From contig CAUJIV010000049.1 of NCBI GenBank assembly GCA_963205435.1, positions 7,932 through 71,931 of the forward strand: 64,000 bases of DNA. The letters run 5' to 3'. Of this stretch, positions 9,971 to 23,784 are shown one piece after another (within the stretch, counting starts at the first letter, position 1; each line of letters begins with the position of its first letter). The position numbers and the translations under genes are program-made. Below the pieces are notes generated by a model. It saw nothing but the letters and a program-made list of their open reading frames with translations. It was not told the DNA's origin and did no database searches. Source of the stretch: Pseudomonadota bacterium (lineage in GTDB: Bacteria; Pseudomonadota; Gammaproteobacteria; Burkholderiales; Rhodocyclaceae).

Positions 9971-10006
9971 GGAACATCAGCTTAACCAGACATTCAAGGA
10001 ACCATC

Positions 10007-11932
<1,926 letters not shown>

Positions 11933-12037
11933 CGGCCGCTAGCGCGCAGTCGCAGGGACGCAGGCGGGCCGCGGCGAATCGTCGCGGCCTTCCCGCGTGA
12001 TCCTGCTTTCGCGCGCTTTCCCGGCGAGGTTTCCAGA

Positions 12038-13174
12038 ATGGCAAGCAAGCGCGACTACTACGAGACCCTCGGCGTCAATCGCGACGCCAGCGACGACGAA
12101 ATCAAGAAGGCCTATCGCAAGCTGGCCATGAAGCACCATCCGGACCGCAATCCGGACAATCCCAAGGCCGAGGAGCAGTTCAAGGAAGCGAAGGAGGCCT
12201 ACGAGATCCTCTCCGACGCGCAAAAGCGCGCCGCCTATGACCAGTACGGCCACGCCGGCGTCGATCCGCAGGCCGGCATGGGCGGCTTCGGCGCCGGCGG
12301 CGCCGGCATGGGCGGCTTCGCCGACGCCTTCTCCGACATCTTCGGCGACATTTTCGGCGGCGCCCGCGGCGGCGGCCGCGCCGGCGTCTATCGCGGCGCC
12401 GACCTGCGCTACAACCTGGAAATCTCGCTGGAGGACGCCGCGCGCGGCACGGAGACGCGCATCCGCATCCCGACCATGGAGGAGTGCGAGGCCTGCGGCG
12501 GCAGCGGCGCCAAGAAGGGCACCTCGCCGACGACCTGCCCGACCTGCCACGGCCACGGCCAGGTGCGCATGCAGCAGGGCTTCTTCTCGATCCAGCAGAC
12601 CTGCCCGAAATGCCACGGCAGCGGCCGCTTCGTGGCGGATCCCTGCGCCACCTGCCACGGCGCCGGCCGCGTCAAGCAGCACAAGACCCTGTCGGTGAAG
12701 ATTCCTGCCGGGGTGGACGAAGGCGACCGCATCCGCCTCTCCGGCGAGGGCGAGCACGGCATGGGCGGCGGCCCGCCGGGCGACCTCTACGTGCAGATCC
12801 ACATCAAGCCGCACCCGGTCTTCCAGCGCGAGCACGACGATCTGCACTGCGAGATGCCGGTCAGCTTCACCGTCGCCGCGCTGGGCGGCGAGATCGAGAT
12901 TCCCACCCTCGACGGCATGGCCAAGATCAAGATCCCGGCGGAGACGCAGTCGGGCAAGACCCTGCGCCTGCGCGGCAAGGGCATCAAGGGCGTGCGCAGC
13001 CACGCCCGCGGCGACCTGCTCTGCCATGTCGTCGTCGAGACGCCGGTGCACCTGACCGAACGGCAGAAGGAACTGCTGCGCGAGCTGGAGGCGATCAACA
13101 TCAGGGACGGCTCGAAGCACAATCCGCGAGCGAAGTCCTGGATGGACAAGGTGAAGAACTTCTTTGCCAGCTGA
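12038..13174 (+). CDS. dnaJ: Chaperone DnaJ
   Basis: J-domain HPD, G/F region, four CxxCxGxG repeats. Confidence 0.99.
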   Translation: MASKRDYYETLGVNRDASDDEIKKAYRKLAMKHHPDRNPDNPKAEEQFKEAKEAYEILSDAQKRAAYDQYGHAGVDPQAGMGGFGAGGAGMGGFADAFSDIFGDIFGGARGGGRAGVYRGADLRYNLEISLEDAARGTETRIRIPTMEECEACGGSGAKKGTSPTTCPTCHGHGQVRMQQGFFSIQQTCPKCHGSGRFVADPCATCHGAGRVKQHKTLSVKIPAGVDEGDRIRLSGEGEHGMGGGPPGDLYVQIHIKPHPVFQREHDDLHCEMPVSFTVAALGGEIEIPTLDGMAKIKIPAETQSGKTLRLRGKGIKGVRSHARGDLLCHVVVETPVHLTERQKELLRELEAINIRDGSKHNPRAKSWMDKVKNFFAS

Positions 13175-13261
13175 GGGCGAGGCGGCCGCAGTTCGCTTCG
13201 GGGCTGTTTCGCCTTGTCGCGGCAGGCCGCAGGCTTCAGCCGGAAACCCGGTCGCCGCGGC

Positions 13262-14653
13262 TCAGGCGCGGCGCCACTCGGTGAGCCCGCCCGGCTTGTC
13301 CTCGAGGACGACGCCCTGCCCGAGCAGTTCGGCGCGGATGCGGTCGGCCGCGGCGAAATCCTTCGCCCGCTTGGCCGCGGCGCGCTCGGCGATGCGTTGC
13401 TCGATCTCCTCCGCCGTCGGCAGCCCGGCGCCCTCCGGCAGCGCCTGCAGGAACTCGGCGGCGTCGCGCCCAAGCAGGCCGAGCACGCCGCCCAGCGCGC
13501 GCAGCAGCGCGGCGGGCTGTGGCGCGCCGGTGCGGTTCGCCTCGCCGGCCAGTTCGAAGAGCACGGCGATCGCCTCGGGGGTGTTGAAATCGTCGTCCAT
13601 CGCCGCGCGGAAGCGCGCCGCCGCCGGCGCCTGCCAGTCGATCGGCGCCGCGGCGGCGCGGGGGTCGCTGTCCTTGAGCGCCGTGTACAGGCGCGTCAGG
13701 GCGGCGCGGGCGTCGTCGAGGTGGGCGTCGGAATAGTTGAGCGGGCTGCGGTAGTGGGCGCGCAGGATGAAGAAGCGCACCACCTCGGCGTCGTAGCGCT
13801 CGAGCACCTCGCGAATGGTGAAGAAGTTGCCGAGCGACTTCGACATCTTCTCGTCGTCCACGCGCACGAAGCCGTTGTGCATCCAGTAGTTGACGAAGCG
13901 GCCGCCGTGGGCGCCCTCGCTCTGGGCAATCTCGTTCTCGTGGTGGGGAAACTGCAGGTCCTGGCCGCCGCCGTGGATGTCGAAATGCGGGCCGAGCAGC
14001 TCGGAGCTCATGGCCGAGCACTCGATGTGCCAGCCGGGACGGCCGCTGCCCCAGGGCGAGGCCCAGCGCGCCTCCTCCGGCTCACCCTCCTTGGCGCGCT
14101 TCCACAGCACGAAGTCGAGCGGATCCTGCTTGCCTTCCATGACGTCGACGCGCTCGCCGGCGCGCAGGTCTTCCAGCGACTTGCCCGAGAGGCGGCCGTA
14201 GCCGGCGAACTTGCGCACGCTGTAGCAGACGTCGCGGTTGGCCGCGACATAGGCATAGCCCTTCTTCTCCAGCGCGGCGATCATGCGCTGCATGGCGGAA
14301 ACATGCTCGGTGGCGCGCGGCTCGTGGTCGGGCGGCAGGACGCCGAGCGCCGCGGCATCTTCGTGCATGGCGGCGATGAAGCGCCCGGTCAGGGCGGCCA
14401 GGCTCTCGTTGTTTTCCTGCGCGCGACGGATGATCTTGTCGTCGATGTCGGTGATGTTGCGCACATACACCACGCGGTAGCCGCAGGCGCGCAGCCAGCG
14501 CACCACCATGTCGAACACCACCAGCACGCGGGCATGGCCGAGATGGCAGTAGTCATACACCGTCATGCCGCAGACATAGATGCGGACGAGGCCCGGCTCG
14601 ATCGGCTCGAAGACCTGCTTTTCGCGCGCCAGGGTGTTGTGGATTTTCAGCAT
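13262..14653 (-). CDS. cysS: Cysteine--tRNA ligase
   Basis: [32 protein letters not shown]. Confidence 0.99.
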   Translation of the reverse strand: MLKIHNTLAREKQVFEPIEPGLVRIYVCGMTVYDYCHLGHARVLVVFDMVVRWLRACGYRVVYVRNITDIDDKIIRRAQENNESLAALTGRFIAAMHEDAAALGVLPPDHEPRATEHVSAMQRMIAALEKKGYAYVAANRDVCYSVRKFAGYGRLSGKSLEDLRAGERVDVMEGKQDPLDFVLWKRAKEGEPEEARWASPWGSGRPGWHIECSAMSSELLGPHFDIHGGGQDLQFPHHENEIAQSEGAHGGRFVNYWMHNGFVRVDDEKMSKSLGNFFTIREVLERYDAEVVRFFILRAHYRSPLNYSDAHLDDARAALTRLYTALKDSDPRAAAAPIDWQAPAAARFRAAMDDDFNTPEAIAVLFELAGEANRTGAPQPAALLRALGGVLGLLGRDAAEFLQALPEGAGLPTAEEIEQRIAERAAAKRAKDFAAADRIRAELLGQGVVLEDKPGGLTEWRRA

Positions 14654-14750
14654 GGGAGGGGCGGCGGAATCACGAATTTTTGTCGAAGCGCCGCGCTTCT
14701 TGTTAGAATGTCAGACTATTCAAATACCTATGGCCGCGAAGTATAGCACA

Positions 14751-15719
14751 ATGGCCCTGTCCCGCCGCCCACCCCTGGCCGCGCGCTGCATCGTTCTCCT
14801 GCTCGCCGTCCTGCTTGCCGCGCCCGCGCTGCACGCCCAGACCGACCTGCTCGGCGAAGCCGGCCGTCTGCTCGGACAAGGCCGGCTCGAGGCTGCCCTG
14901 GACAAGACCGAGCAGGCGCTGAAACTGCGGCCGAAGGACGCCCAGGCGCGCTTCCTGAAAGGCCGCATCCTGACGGAAATGCAGCGCGACGAGGAGGCGA
15001 TCGGCGTCTTCTCCAGGCTGAACGGAGACTATCCGGAACTGCCGGAACCCTACAACAATCTCGCCGTGCTCTACGCACGGCAGGGCCGCTTCGAGCAGGC
15101 GCGCAACGCCCTGGAAATGGCCGTCCGCGCCAACCAGGCCTATGCCACCGCGCACGAGAACCTCGGCGACCTCTACGCGCGCCTGGCCGGCCAGTCCTAT
15201 GGCAGGGCGCTGCAATACGACGCCGGCAACGCCGGCCTCAAGGCCAAGCTGGCCCTGGCCCAGGAACTGGTGCGCGCCACGCCGCATGCTGCCGCCGCCC
15301 GGCCGGCGCCCGCCGTCCGAGAGGATGACGCGGCAGCAGCAGGCCGGCCAGGCGAGACGCCAGCGCCGCAAGCCGCGGCGGACGAGCGCGAGGTCGAGAG
15401 CGCGCTGCGCGACTGGGCGGCGGCCTGGTCGCGCAAGGACGCTGAGGCCTATCTCGCCGCCTACGCCGATGACTTCCGCACGCCGGGCGGCATCCCGCGC
15501 AAGGCCTGGGAGGCGGAGCGGCGGCGCAGCCTGGCCAAGGCCGAGCCGATTGCGATCGACATCGAGGATCTGCGCATGGCCATCGAGGGCGAGCGCGCCA
15601 CGGCGCGCTTCCGCCAGCGCTACCAGTCCGGCAGCCTGAAGACGGCCGCCGGCAAGACCATGGTGCTGGTCAGGCGCGGCGACAAATGGCTGATCCAGCA
15701 GGAAAGAGTGTCCAATTGA
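14751..15719 (+). CDS. Exported TPR protein with C-terminal NTF2-like domain
   Basis: Signal peptide, TPRs ([15 protein letters not shown]), C-terminal WAAAWS...FRQRY...WLIQQE. Start uncertain (14730 or 14751). Confidence 0.85.
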   Translation: MALSRRPPLAARCIVLLLAVLLAAPALHAQTDLLGEAGRLLGQGRLEAALDKTEQALKLRPKDAQARFLKGRILTEMQRDEEAIGVFSRLNGDYPELPEPYNNLAVLYARQGRFEQARNALEMAVRANQAYATAHENLGDLYARLAGQSYGRALQYDAGNAGLKAKLALAQELVRATPHAAAARPAPAVREDDAAAAGRPGETPAPQAAADEREVESALRDWAAAWSRKDAEAYLAAYADDFRTPGGIPRKAWEAERRRSLAKAEPIAIDIEDLRMAIEGERATARFRQRYQSGSLKTAAGKTMVLVRRGDKWLIQQERVSN

Positions 15720-15780
15720 GGCGGCGCGGCGGCCGGCCGGCGCCACGCCGCCCCTCCCCTGGCAACGAAGGAAACCGACG

Positions 15781-16350
15781 ATGAAAAAGCTGTTCGCCCT
15801 GGCCGCCGGCCTGATCTGCAGCCTCTCCGTGATGGCCGCCAACCCGCTCGTCGAGATGAAAACGAGTCAGGGGACTCTCGTCATCGAGCTCGACGCCGCC
15901 AGGGCGCCGAAGACCGTCGCCAACTTCCTCCAGTACGCGCGCGACGGCTTCTACGACGGCACCCTGTTCCATCGCGTCATCGACGGCTTCATGATCCAGG
16001 GCGGCGGCTTCGAGCCGGGCATGAAGCAGAAGCCGACGCGCGCGCCGATCGAGAACGAGGCGAAGAACGGGCTGAAGAACGCCGCCGGCACGATCGCCAT
16101 GGCGCGCACCCAGGATCCGCATTCCGCCTCGGCGCAGTTCTTCATCAACCTGGTCGACAACCGCCCCCTCGACTATCCCTCGCGCGACGGCTGGGGCTAC
16201 GCGGTGTTCGGCCGCGTCGTGCGCGGCTTCGAGGTCGCGCAGAAGATCGCCAGGGTGAAGACCGGCAACGCCGGCTTCCACCAGAACGTGCCGCTCGAGC
16301 CGGTCGTCATCGAGTCGGTCCGCGTCATCGAACCCCAACCCGCCAAGTGA
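15781..16350 (+). CDS. ppiA: Periplasmic cyclophilin-type peptidyl-prolyl isomerase
   Basis: Signal peptide plus [24 protein letters not shown]. Confidence 0.92.
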   Translation: MKKLFALAAGLICSLSVMAANPLVEMKTSQGTLVIELDAARAPKTVANFLQYARDGFYDGTLFHRVIDGFMIQGGGFEPGMKQKPTRAPIENEAKNGLKNAAGTIAMARTQDPHSASAQFFINLVDNRPLDYPSRDGWGYAVFGRVVRGFEVAQKIARVKTGNAGFHQNVPLEPVVIESVRVIEPQPAK

Positions 16351-16361
16351 CAGGAGAGACC

Positions 16362-16853
16362 ATGGTCAGGCTGCACACCAATTTCGGCACCATCACCCTC
16401 GAACTGGACGCCGACAGGGCGCCGGAGACAGTGAAGAACTTCCTCGCCTACGTCGCATCCGGCCATTACGACAACACGATCTTCCACCGCGTCATCGACG
16501 GCTTCATGATCCAGGGCGGCGGCTTCGAGCCGGACATGAAGCAGAAGCCGACGCAGGCGCCGATCGCCAACGAGGCGGCCAACGGCCTGAAGAACGCGCG
16601 CTACAGCGTCGCCATGGCGCGCACCGCCGACCCGCATTCGGCGACGGCGCAGTTCTTCATCAACGTCAAGGACAACGACTTCCTCGACCACACGGCGCCC
16701 AGCGGCCAGGGCTGGGGCTATTGCGTCTTCGGCAAGGTGGTCGAGGGCACGGAGGTGGTCGACCGCATCAAGGGCGTCAAGACGGCCAGCCGCGGCTTCC
16801 ACCAGGACGTGCCGGTCGAGGACATCATCATCGAGAAGGCCGAGGCCGCCTGA
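16362..16853 (+). CDS. ppiB: Cytoplasmic cyclophilin-type peptidyl-prolyl isomerase
   Basis: Same motifs without a signal peptide; AGGAGAG RBS; upstream of lpxH. Confidence 0.93.
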   Translation: MVRLHTNFGTITLELDADRAPETVKNFLAYVASGHYDNTIFHRVIDGFMIQGGGFEPDMKQKPTQAPIANEAANGLKNARYSVAMARTADPHSATAQFFINVKDNDFLDHTAPSGQGWGYCVFGKVVEGTEVVDRIKGVKTASRGFHQDVPVEDIIIEKAEAA

Positions 16854-16867
16854 GCCGCCAGACGGCG

Positions 16868-17596
16868 ATGGCGACGCTGTTCGTCTCCGACCTGCACCTC
16901 TGTCCGGAGCGGCCGCACGGCGCGCGCCTGTTCGACGCCTTCCTCGCCGGCCCGGCGCGGAGCGCCGCGGCGCTCTACCTGCTCGGCGACCTGTTCGAAT
17001 ACTGGCTGGGCGACGACGACGCCGGCGACCCCTTCAACGCCGCCATCCTCGCCGCCCTGCGCCGCCTGTCGGACAGCGGCGTCGCCCTGCACTTCATGGC
17101 GGGCAACCGCGACTTCCTTGTGGGCGATGCCTTTGCCCGTGCCGCCGGCCTCAGTCTGGTGGACGACCCGCAGCGCATCGAGCTGAACGGGGTGCCGACG
17201 CTGCTGATGCACGGCGACACGCTGTGCACCGACGATGCGGCCTACCTCGCCTTCCGCGCCGAGGTGCGCGCGCCGGCCTGGCAGCGCGACTTCCTCGCCC
17301 TGCCCCTGGCCGAGCGCAAGGCGCGCATCGCCGCGCTGCGCCTCGACAGCGAGACGGAAAAGGCCATGAAGACGGCGGCCATCATGGACGTCAATGAGGA
17401 TGCCGTGCGCCAGGCGCTCGCCGCCCACGGCTGCCGGCGGCTGATCCACGGCCACACCCACCGGCCGGCGCACCACCTGCTGGAGACGGCGCACGGCACG
17501 GCCGAGCGCTGGGTGCTGCCCGACTGGCACGAGAGCGGAGGTTATCTGCTCTGCGACGCCGCCGGCTGCCGCCTGCTCGACTGGCCGGCGGGCTAA
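16868..17596 (+). CDS. lpxH: UDP-2,3-diacylglucosamine hydrolase
   Basis: SDLHL, GDLFEYWLGDD, GNRDF, HGD, HGHTH metallophosphoesterase motifs. Confidence 0.96.
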   Translation: MATLFVSDLHLCPERPHGARLFDAFLAGPARSAAALYLLGDLFEYWLGDDDAGDPFNAAILAALRRLSDSGVALHFMAGNRDFLVGDAFARAAGLSLVDDPQRIELNGVPTLLMHGDTLCTDDAAYLAFRAEVRAPAWQRDFLALPLAERKARIAALRLDSETEKAMKTAAIMDVNEDAVRQALAAHGCRRLIHGHTHRPAHHLLETAHGTAERWVLPDWHESGGYLLCDAAGCRLLDWPAG

Positions 17597-18768
17597 AGCC
17601 GCGCCAGGCCCCGCTTCAGGTCCTCCTTCAGGTCGGCCACCGCCTCGAGGCCGACGGCCAGGCGCAGCAGATTCTCGCCGATGCCGGCGGCCGCGCGCGC
17701 CGCGGCGCTGATGCGGCCATGGGTGGTGCTGGCCGGATGGGTGAGCGTGGTCTTGGTGTCGCCGAGGTTGGCGGTGATCGAGATCAGGCGCGTCGCGTCG
17801 ACGACCTGCCAGGCCTGCTCACGGCCGCCCTTCACCTCGAAGGACACGATGGCGCCGCCCGCCTTCTGCTGGCGCATCGCCAGCGCGTGCTGCGGATGCG
17901 AAGGTAGCCCGGGATAATGAACGCGCAGCACCTGCGGCTGCGCCTCGAGCCAGCGCGCCAGTTCCAGCGCCGCCGCCGATTGCGCCTGCATGCGGATCGG
18001 CAGCGTCTCCAGCCCCTTGAGGATCACCCAGGCGTTGAAGGGCGAGAGCGAAGGGCCGGCCGTGCGCAGGAAGCGGAACACCTCGTCGACCAGCACCGCG
18101 CGTCCGCACACCGCGCCGCCGAGCACCCGGCCCTGGCCGTCGAGGTACTTGGTGGCGGAATGGATGACCAGGTCGGCGCCCAGGTCCAGCGGCCGTTGCA
18201 GCACCGGCGTGCAGAAACAGTTGTCGACGACCAGCAGGACGCCGCCCTCGCGGGCAACCTGCGCCAGGGCGGCGATGTCGAACACCTCGGTGAGCGGGTT
18301 CGAGGGCGTCTCGATGAACAGCAGCTTCGTCTGCGGCCTGAGCGCGGCGCGGAACGCCGTCGCGTCGACGGAGGCGACGAAGGTCGTGTCGATGCCGAAT
18401 TTCGCCAGGATGCCGCCGAACAGCTGCTGGGTGGCGCCGAAGATGCTTTGCGCGGCGACGATGTGCTCGCCCGCCTTCATCAGCGCCATGACGGTCGCCA
18501 GGATCGCCGCCATGCCGCTGGCGGTGGCAATACAGGCCTCGGCGCCCTCGAGGGCGGCCAGCCGCTCCTGCAGCATGTCGACGGTCGGGTTGGAGAAGCG
18601 GCTGTAGATGAAGCCGCCCTCCTCGCCGGAGAAGCGCGCCGCCGCCTGGGCGGCGCTGTCGAAGACGAAGCTCGAGCTCAGATAGAGCGCCTCGGCGTGC
18701 TCGTTGAACTGGCTGCGCCGGATGCCGGCGCGCACCGCCAGCGTGCCTGTTTCGAATTCATTGTCCAT
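17593..18768 (-). CDS. metZ: O-succinylhomoserine sulfhydrylase
   Basis: YSRFSNPTV, HSATKYLDGQGR, NLGDTK, HPASTTHGR; follows purF. Confidence 0.95.
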   Translation of the reverse strand: MDNEFETGTLAVRAGIRRSQFNEHAEALYLSSSFVFDSAAQAAARFSGEEGGFIYSRFSNPTVDMLQERLAALEGAEACIATASGMAAILATVMALMKAGEHIVAAQSIFGATQQLFGGILAKFGIDTTFVASVDATAFRAALRPQTKLLFIETPSNPLTEVFDIAALAQVAREGGVLLVVDNCFCTPVLQRPLDLGADLVIHSATKYLDGQGRVLGGAVCGRAVLVDEVFRFLRTAGPSLSPFNAWVILKGLETLPIRMQAQSAAALELARWLEAQPQVLRVHYPGLPSHPQHALAMRQQKAGGAIVSFEVKGGREQAWQVVDATRLISITANLGDTKTTLTHPASTTHGRISAAARAAAGIGENLLRLAVGLEAVADLKEDLKRGLARL

Positions 18769-18831
18769 GCCTGTCGATCTCCGCAAGCCGCCTCGCCGGC
18801 GCCAGGGCCGCTTCAGCCCGGTGGCCAAAAC

Positions 18832-18863
18832 AAAAAAACCCGGCGCAGGCGAGCGACCGGGTT
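18832..18863 (-). terminator. Intrinsic terminator in the metZ leader
   Basis: Sense AACCCGG-N14-CCGGGTT followed by TTTTTG. Confidence 0.7.
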
Positions 18864-18865
18864 CT

Positions 18866-18920
18866 CCCTCGCTTTAGCCGCATTTGTTACGCGCCCGCAA
18901 GCTGAACTCAAATCGGCGCA
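18866..18920 (-). ncRNA. SAM-II class riboswitch
   Basis: Sense GCGCCGATTTGAGTTCAGCTTGCGGGCGCGTAACAAATGCGGCTAAAGCGAGG has the GATTT...GCTTGC...AAAT...GCTAAA elements, upstream of a methionine gene. Confidence 0.85.
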
Positions 18921-18951
18921 GTCGAAAAACTACACGCGCGGCCGGCCTCTG

Positions 18952-20472
18952 TCAATCGGAGACGACCAGATTGAGGTCGAGCTGGCCGGCGTCGCCGTCC
19001 TCGCCGGCCTGCTTGACGCCGTTGCGCTCGTTCTCGACGCTGCTCAGATACTCGGCGCTGACGTCGCCGGTGACATAGCGGCCATCGAAGCAGGAAGTCT
19101 CGAACGCAGTGATGGCCGGATTCAGCACATGCACCGCAGCCTTGAGCGCCTCCAGATCCTGGTAGATGAGGACGTCGGCGCCGATTTCGCGGCGGATGGC
19201 CTCCTCGTCGCGCTCGCTGGCGATGAGCTCGCCGCGCGTCGGCATGTCGATGCCGTACACGTTGGGATAGCGCACCGGCGGCGCCGCCGAGGCGAAAGAG
19301 ACCTTGCGCGCGCCGGCGTCGCGCGCCATCTGCACGATCTCCCGGCTGGTGGTGCCGCGCACGATCGAGTCGTCGACCAGCAGCACGTTCTTGCCCCTGA
19401 ACTCCTGGGCGATGGTATTGAGCTTCTGCCGCACCGAGCGCTTGCGCTGCGCCTGGCCGGGCATGATGAAGGTGCGGCCGATGTAGCGGTTCTTGACGAA
19501 GCCCTCGCGGTAGGGCAGGTCGAGGCGCGCCGCCAACTCCATCGCCGAGGGACGGCTGGAATCGGGGATGGGGATGACGGAATCGATGGCCAGGTGCGGC
19601 AGGGTGTGGCGGATCTTCTCCGCCAGGTGGTCGCCCATCTTGACGCGGCTCTCGTAGACCGAGATGCCGTCGATCAGCGAGTCCGGCCGCGCCAGATAGA
19701 CAAACTCGAAGATGCAGGGCGCGCGCATCGTCTGGCCGGCGCACTGCCGGCTGTGGAAATTTCCCTCGATGTCGACCAGCACCGCCTCGCCCGGCGCCAC
19801 GTCGCGCAGGATCTGGAAGCCGAGCGTGTCGAGAGCGACGCTCTCGGAAGCCACCAGGTACTCGTTGCCCTGCGGCGTGGCGTTGCGGCCGACGATCAGC
19901 GGGCGGATGCCGTAGGGATCGCGAAAGGCGAGCAGGCCGTAGCCGGCGATCATCGCCACCACGGCGTAGGCGCCGCGCACACGGCGGTACACCCCCGTCA
20001 TCGCCTTGAAGATGGTGTCGGCGTCGAGCTGGTATTTCGTCGCCGCCGCCTGCAGCTCGTGCGCCAGCACGTTGAGCAGCACTTCGGAATCCGAGTTGGT
20101 GTTGATGTGGCGCAGGTCCTGCAGGAACATCTCTCGCTTGAGCGCCTGGGCGTTGGTCAGGTTGCCGTTGTGCGCCAGCATCAGGCCGAAGGGCGAATTG
20201 ACATAGAAAGGCTGCGACTCGGCGGTGCTGAAGGCCGAGCCGGAAGTCGGATAGCGGCAATGGGCGATGCCCCAGTTGCCCTGCAGGTTGCGCATGTTGC
20301 GTGTGCGGAAGACGTCGCGCACCAGGCCGGGACCCTTGTGCATGTGGAAGACGCCGCCCTCGGCGGTGGCGATGCCGGCCGCGTCCTGGCCGCGGTGCTG
20401 CAGCACCTGCAGGCCGTCATAGAGCAGCTGGTTGACCGGCGTCGGGGCGACGACGCCCAGGAGTCCGCACAT
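18952..20472 (-). CDS. purF: Amidophosphoribosyltransferase
   Basis: N-terminal MCG, LQHRGQDAAG, VDDSIVRGTT. Confidence 0.99.
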   Translation of the reverse strand: MCGLLGVVAPTPVNQLLYDGLQVLQHRGQDAAGIATAEGGVFHMHKGPGLVRDVFRTRNMRNLQGNWGIAHCRYPTSGSAFSTAESQPFYVNSPFGLMLAHNGNLTNAQALKREMFLQDLRHINTNSDSEVLLNVLAHELQAAATKYQLDADTIFKAMTGVYRRVRGAYAVVAMIAGYGLLAFRDPYGIRPLIVGRNATPQGNEYLVASESVALDTLGFQILRDVAPGEAVLVDIEGNFHSRQCAGQTMRAPCIFEFVYLARPDSLIDGISVYESRVKMGDHLAEKIRHTLPHLAIDSVIPIPDSSRPSAMELAARLDLPYREGFVKNRYIGRTFIMPGQAQRKRSVRQKLNTIAQEFRGKNVLLVDDSIVRGTTSREIVQMARDAGARKVSFASAAPPVRYPNVYGIDMPTRGELIASERDEEAIRREIGADVLIYQDLEALKAAVHVLNPAITAFETSCFDGRYVTGDVSAEYLSSVENERNGVKQAGEDGDAGQLDLNLVVSD

Positions 20473-20475
20473 GTC

Positions 20476-20967
20476 TCACCAATAGCGTATGGGCTTCGCC
20501 ACGGCCGGCGGCAGCCAGGATCGCGCTGCCAGCACCGCGGTCTCCAGCGGCGGCGCCAGCCAGGCCTTCTGCCACCAGGCCTGGCGCGGCAGCGCCGTCA
20601 GCCCGCCCGCCAGCACGCACAGCCAAACCAGCAACAGGCCGCGCGCCAGGCCGAACACCGCGCCGAGAAAGCGGTCCAGCGGCCCCAGGCCGATCGCCCG
20701 CAACAGCCTCGCCAGGGCCAGCCGCAGCAGGCTGACGCCGATCAGCACGGCCAAGGCGATCGTTGCGAAAGCCGCTGCGTATTGCCAGGCCGGTTCCTTC
20801 AGCCAGCCGCCGAACAGGGGCGCCGCTTCTCCGGCCAGGCCGCGCCCGGCGAGAAGCGCCGCGACCCAGGCACCAAGCGCGAGCACCTCGCTCGCCATGC
20901 CACGCCAGGTTCCCACCAGGACCGACGCGGCAACCACGGCCAGCGCCGCGTAATCGAAAGCCGTCAC
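20476..20967 (-). CDS. cvpA: Colicin V production protein CvpA
   Basis: Membrane protein with DRFLGAVFGLARG; between dedD and purF. Confidence 0.92.
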   Translation of the reverse strand: MTAFDYAALAVVAASVLVGTWRGMASEVLALGAWVAALLAGRGLAGEAAPLFGGWLKEPAWQYAAAFATIALAVLIGVSLLRLALARLLRAIGLGPLDRFLGAVFGLARGLLLVWLCVLAGGLTALPRQAWWQKAWLAPPLETAVLAARSWLPPAVAKPIRYW

Positions 20968-20973
20968 TACCGC

Positions 20974-21657
20974 TTATTTCTGCGCAACGCTGCCATCCAT
21001 CCCCAGACGCTTGCTGATCCGCTCCCGCGCCGCCTCCGCAGCCGCCTTGCCCGTGAAGGGGCCGGCCCGCACGCGCGTGCGCGCGCCGCCATCGGCCGCC
21101 GCCGGCAGCGTCTCCGTGTAGGAGTCGTAGCCCAGCTGTTTCAGCTTGGCCGTCAGGTTGCGGACATTGGCAGGATCGCGGTAGGCGCCCAGCTGGACCA
21201 CCCATTGCTCCGCTGTCGGGGAAGCGTGGGCTGGCTTCGTCTTCGGCTCGGCTGCCGGCTTGGCCACCGCCTTGGCTTCGGCCGGACGGGTCGCCGCGGG
21301 CTTCTCGGTCGCGGGGGGCGTCTCCCTGGCTCCGTCCTTCGGCTCGGTCCGCGCGGCGGGCGGCTCGGGCGGCACCACCTGTTTTTTCGGCTCTTCCGTC
21401 CTGGTTTCCGGCAGCGCTGCCGCCGGCGGCAGCGGAGTTGGCACGGCACCCGGCTTGACGGGCAGGATGCGGGAGGTGAAGGAGCCGGCATCCTGGGCGG
21501 GAATGCGGATCTGGATTTCCTGTTCCGCCTGCGGCTTCGGCTCCTGATCCATCACCATGGGCAGGACGATGGCCGCCAGCACGGCCAGGGCGGCAGCACC
21601 GACCAGCCGCCGCCGCGCGCGCTTCTTCAGCTCAAGCTGCGGGTCGCTTTCGCCCAT
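20974..21657 (-). CDS. dedD: SPOR-domain cell division protein (DedD-like)
   Basis: ARRRLVGA TM anchor, Pro/Ala linker, WVVQLGAY...RVRAGPF SPOR domain. Confidence 0.88.
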   Translation of the reverse strand: MGESDPQLELKKRARRRLVGAAALAVLAAIVLPMVMDQEPKPQAEQEIQIRIPAQDAGSFTSRILPVKPGAVPTPLPPAAALPETRTEEPKKQVVPPEPPAARTEPKDGARETPPATEKPAATRPAEAKAVAKPAAEPKTKPAHASPTAEQWVVQLGAYRDPANVRNLTAKLKQLGYDSYTETLPAAADGGARTRVRAGPFTGKAAAEAARERISKRLGMDGSVAQK

Positions 21658-22923
21658 CGTTCATTGCCTTCAGCACGTCGGCCACGGTCAGGAAGGAACC
21701 GAAGACGATGATTCTATCATTTTCCTTGGCCTGTCCCGCCGCGCTGCGCCAGGCTTCGGCCGGAGAATCGAAGCGATCGACGGACGCGATGCCAAGGCGG
21801 GCCAGCAGGGCGCCAAGCGCCTCGGAGGTCATGCCACGTGGCCCGGGCAGGCCGGCGACCAGCCAGCGGTCGATTGCGCCACGGGCCCGCTCGACGACGC
21901 CGGCGACGTCCTTGTCGGCGAGCATGCCGAAGACGGCGAAGGTGCGGCCATGGAACGGCATGACGGCAAGGTTCTCGACCATCACGGCGACGGCCTGGGG
22001 ATTGTGGGCGACGTCGAGGATCGTCAGCGGCAGCCCCGGCAACACCTGGAAGCGTCCCGCCAGTTCCACCTCGATCAGCCCGCGGCGGATGTCCTGGGCC
22101 GTCACCGGCAGCCGCTGCGCCATCGCTTCCAGGGCGGCGATCGCCGTGCTGGCATTGGCCAGCTGGGCGGTGCCGCGCAGGGCCGGGTGGGCGATGCCGG
22201 CGCGGCGGCCGCGCCGGCCCCAGTAGGTCCATTGGCCCTGCCCGCCCTCGTAACCGTAGTCGCGGCCGATCAGCTGCAGGTCGGCGCCGACCGCCGTCGC
22301 ATGTTCGATCACGCTGGCCGGCGGCCGCGCATCGCCGACGATGGCCGGCTTGCCGGCGCGGAAGATCCCCGCCTTTTCGCGCCCGATCGACTCGCGCGTC
22401 ACGCCGAGGAACTCCATGTGGTCGAAGTCGATCGAGGTGACGACGGCGCAGTCGGCGTCGAAGGCGTTCACGGCATCCAGCCGGCCGCCGAGGCCGACCT
22501 CGAGGACGAGCGCCTCGACACCGGCGCTGGCGAAGGCCTGCCACGCCGCCAGGGTGGCGAACTCGAAATAGGTGAGAGGAATGTCGCCGCGCGCCGCCTC
22601 GACGCGGGCGAAGGCGCGGCACAGCGCCGCGTCGCTCGCCGGCTCGCCGTCGACGCGCACCCGCTCGTTGAAGGCGAGCAGGTGCGGCGAGGTGTACAGG
22701 CCGGTGCGGTAGCCGGCGCAGCGCAGCATGCGCTCGAGCAGGGCGCAGGTGGAGCCCTTGCCGTTGGTGCCGCCGACGGTGATCACCGGCGCCGCCGGCT
22801 CGGCGCCGAGCGCGCCCTTGACGGCAAGGACACGTTCGAGGCCGAGCGCCACCGGCTGCGCGTGCAGCCGCTCGATGTGGGCGAGCCAGTCGCCGAGCGA
22901 GAGCGTGTCGAGGGAGGCCAGGG

Positions 22924-22927
<4 letters not shown>
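21632..22927 (-). CDS. folC: Dihydrofolate synthase/folylpolyglutamate synthase
   Basis: [33 protein letters not shown]. Start uncertain; a CTG overlapping the accD stop is proposed. Confidence 0.95.

Positions 22928-23780
<853 letters not shown>

Positions 23781-23784
<4 letters not shown>

Noticed and set aside
4906-10006. CIRCE operator for HrcA near hrcA, grpE or dnaK
   Set aside because: No TTAGCACTC-N9-GAGTGCTAA found by eye; only sigma32-type promoters.
11941-12017. Long imperfect hairpin between dnaK and dnaJ
   Set aside because: Consistent with an ordinary intercistronic stabiliser or attenuator; no second copy in the window.
15950-16670. Near-identical DNA stretches in adjacent genes (CGCGTCATCGACGGCTTCATGATCCAGGGCGGCGGCTTCGAGCCGG)
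   Set aside because: Explained by the conserved cyclophilin motif in the tandem paralogues ppiA and ppiB.
17917-21711. Very long antisense and alternate-frame ORFs (e.g. 17917-21711, 37762-41553, 2043-4244)
   Set aside because: Shadow ORFs of GC-rich coding strands; they overlap well-supported genes and carry no recognisable motifs.
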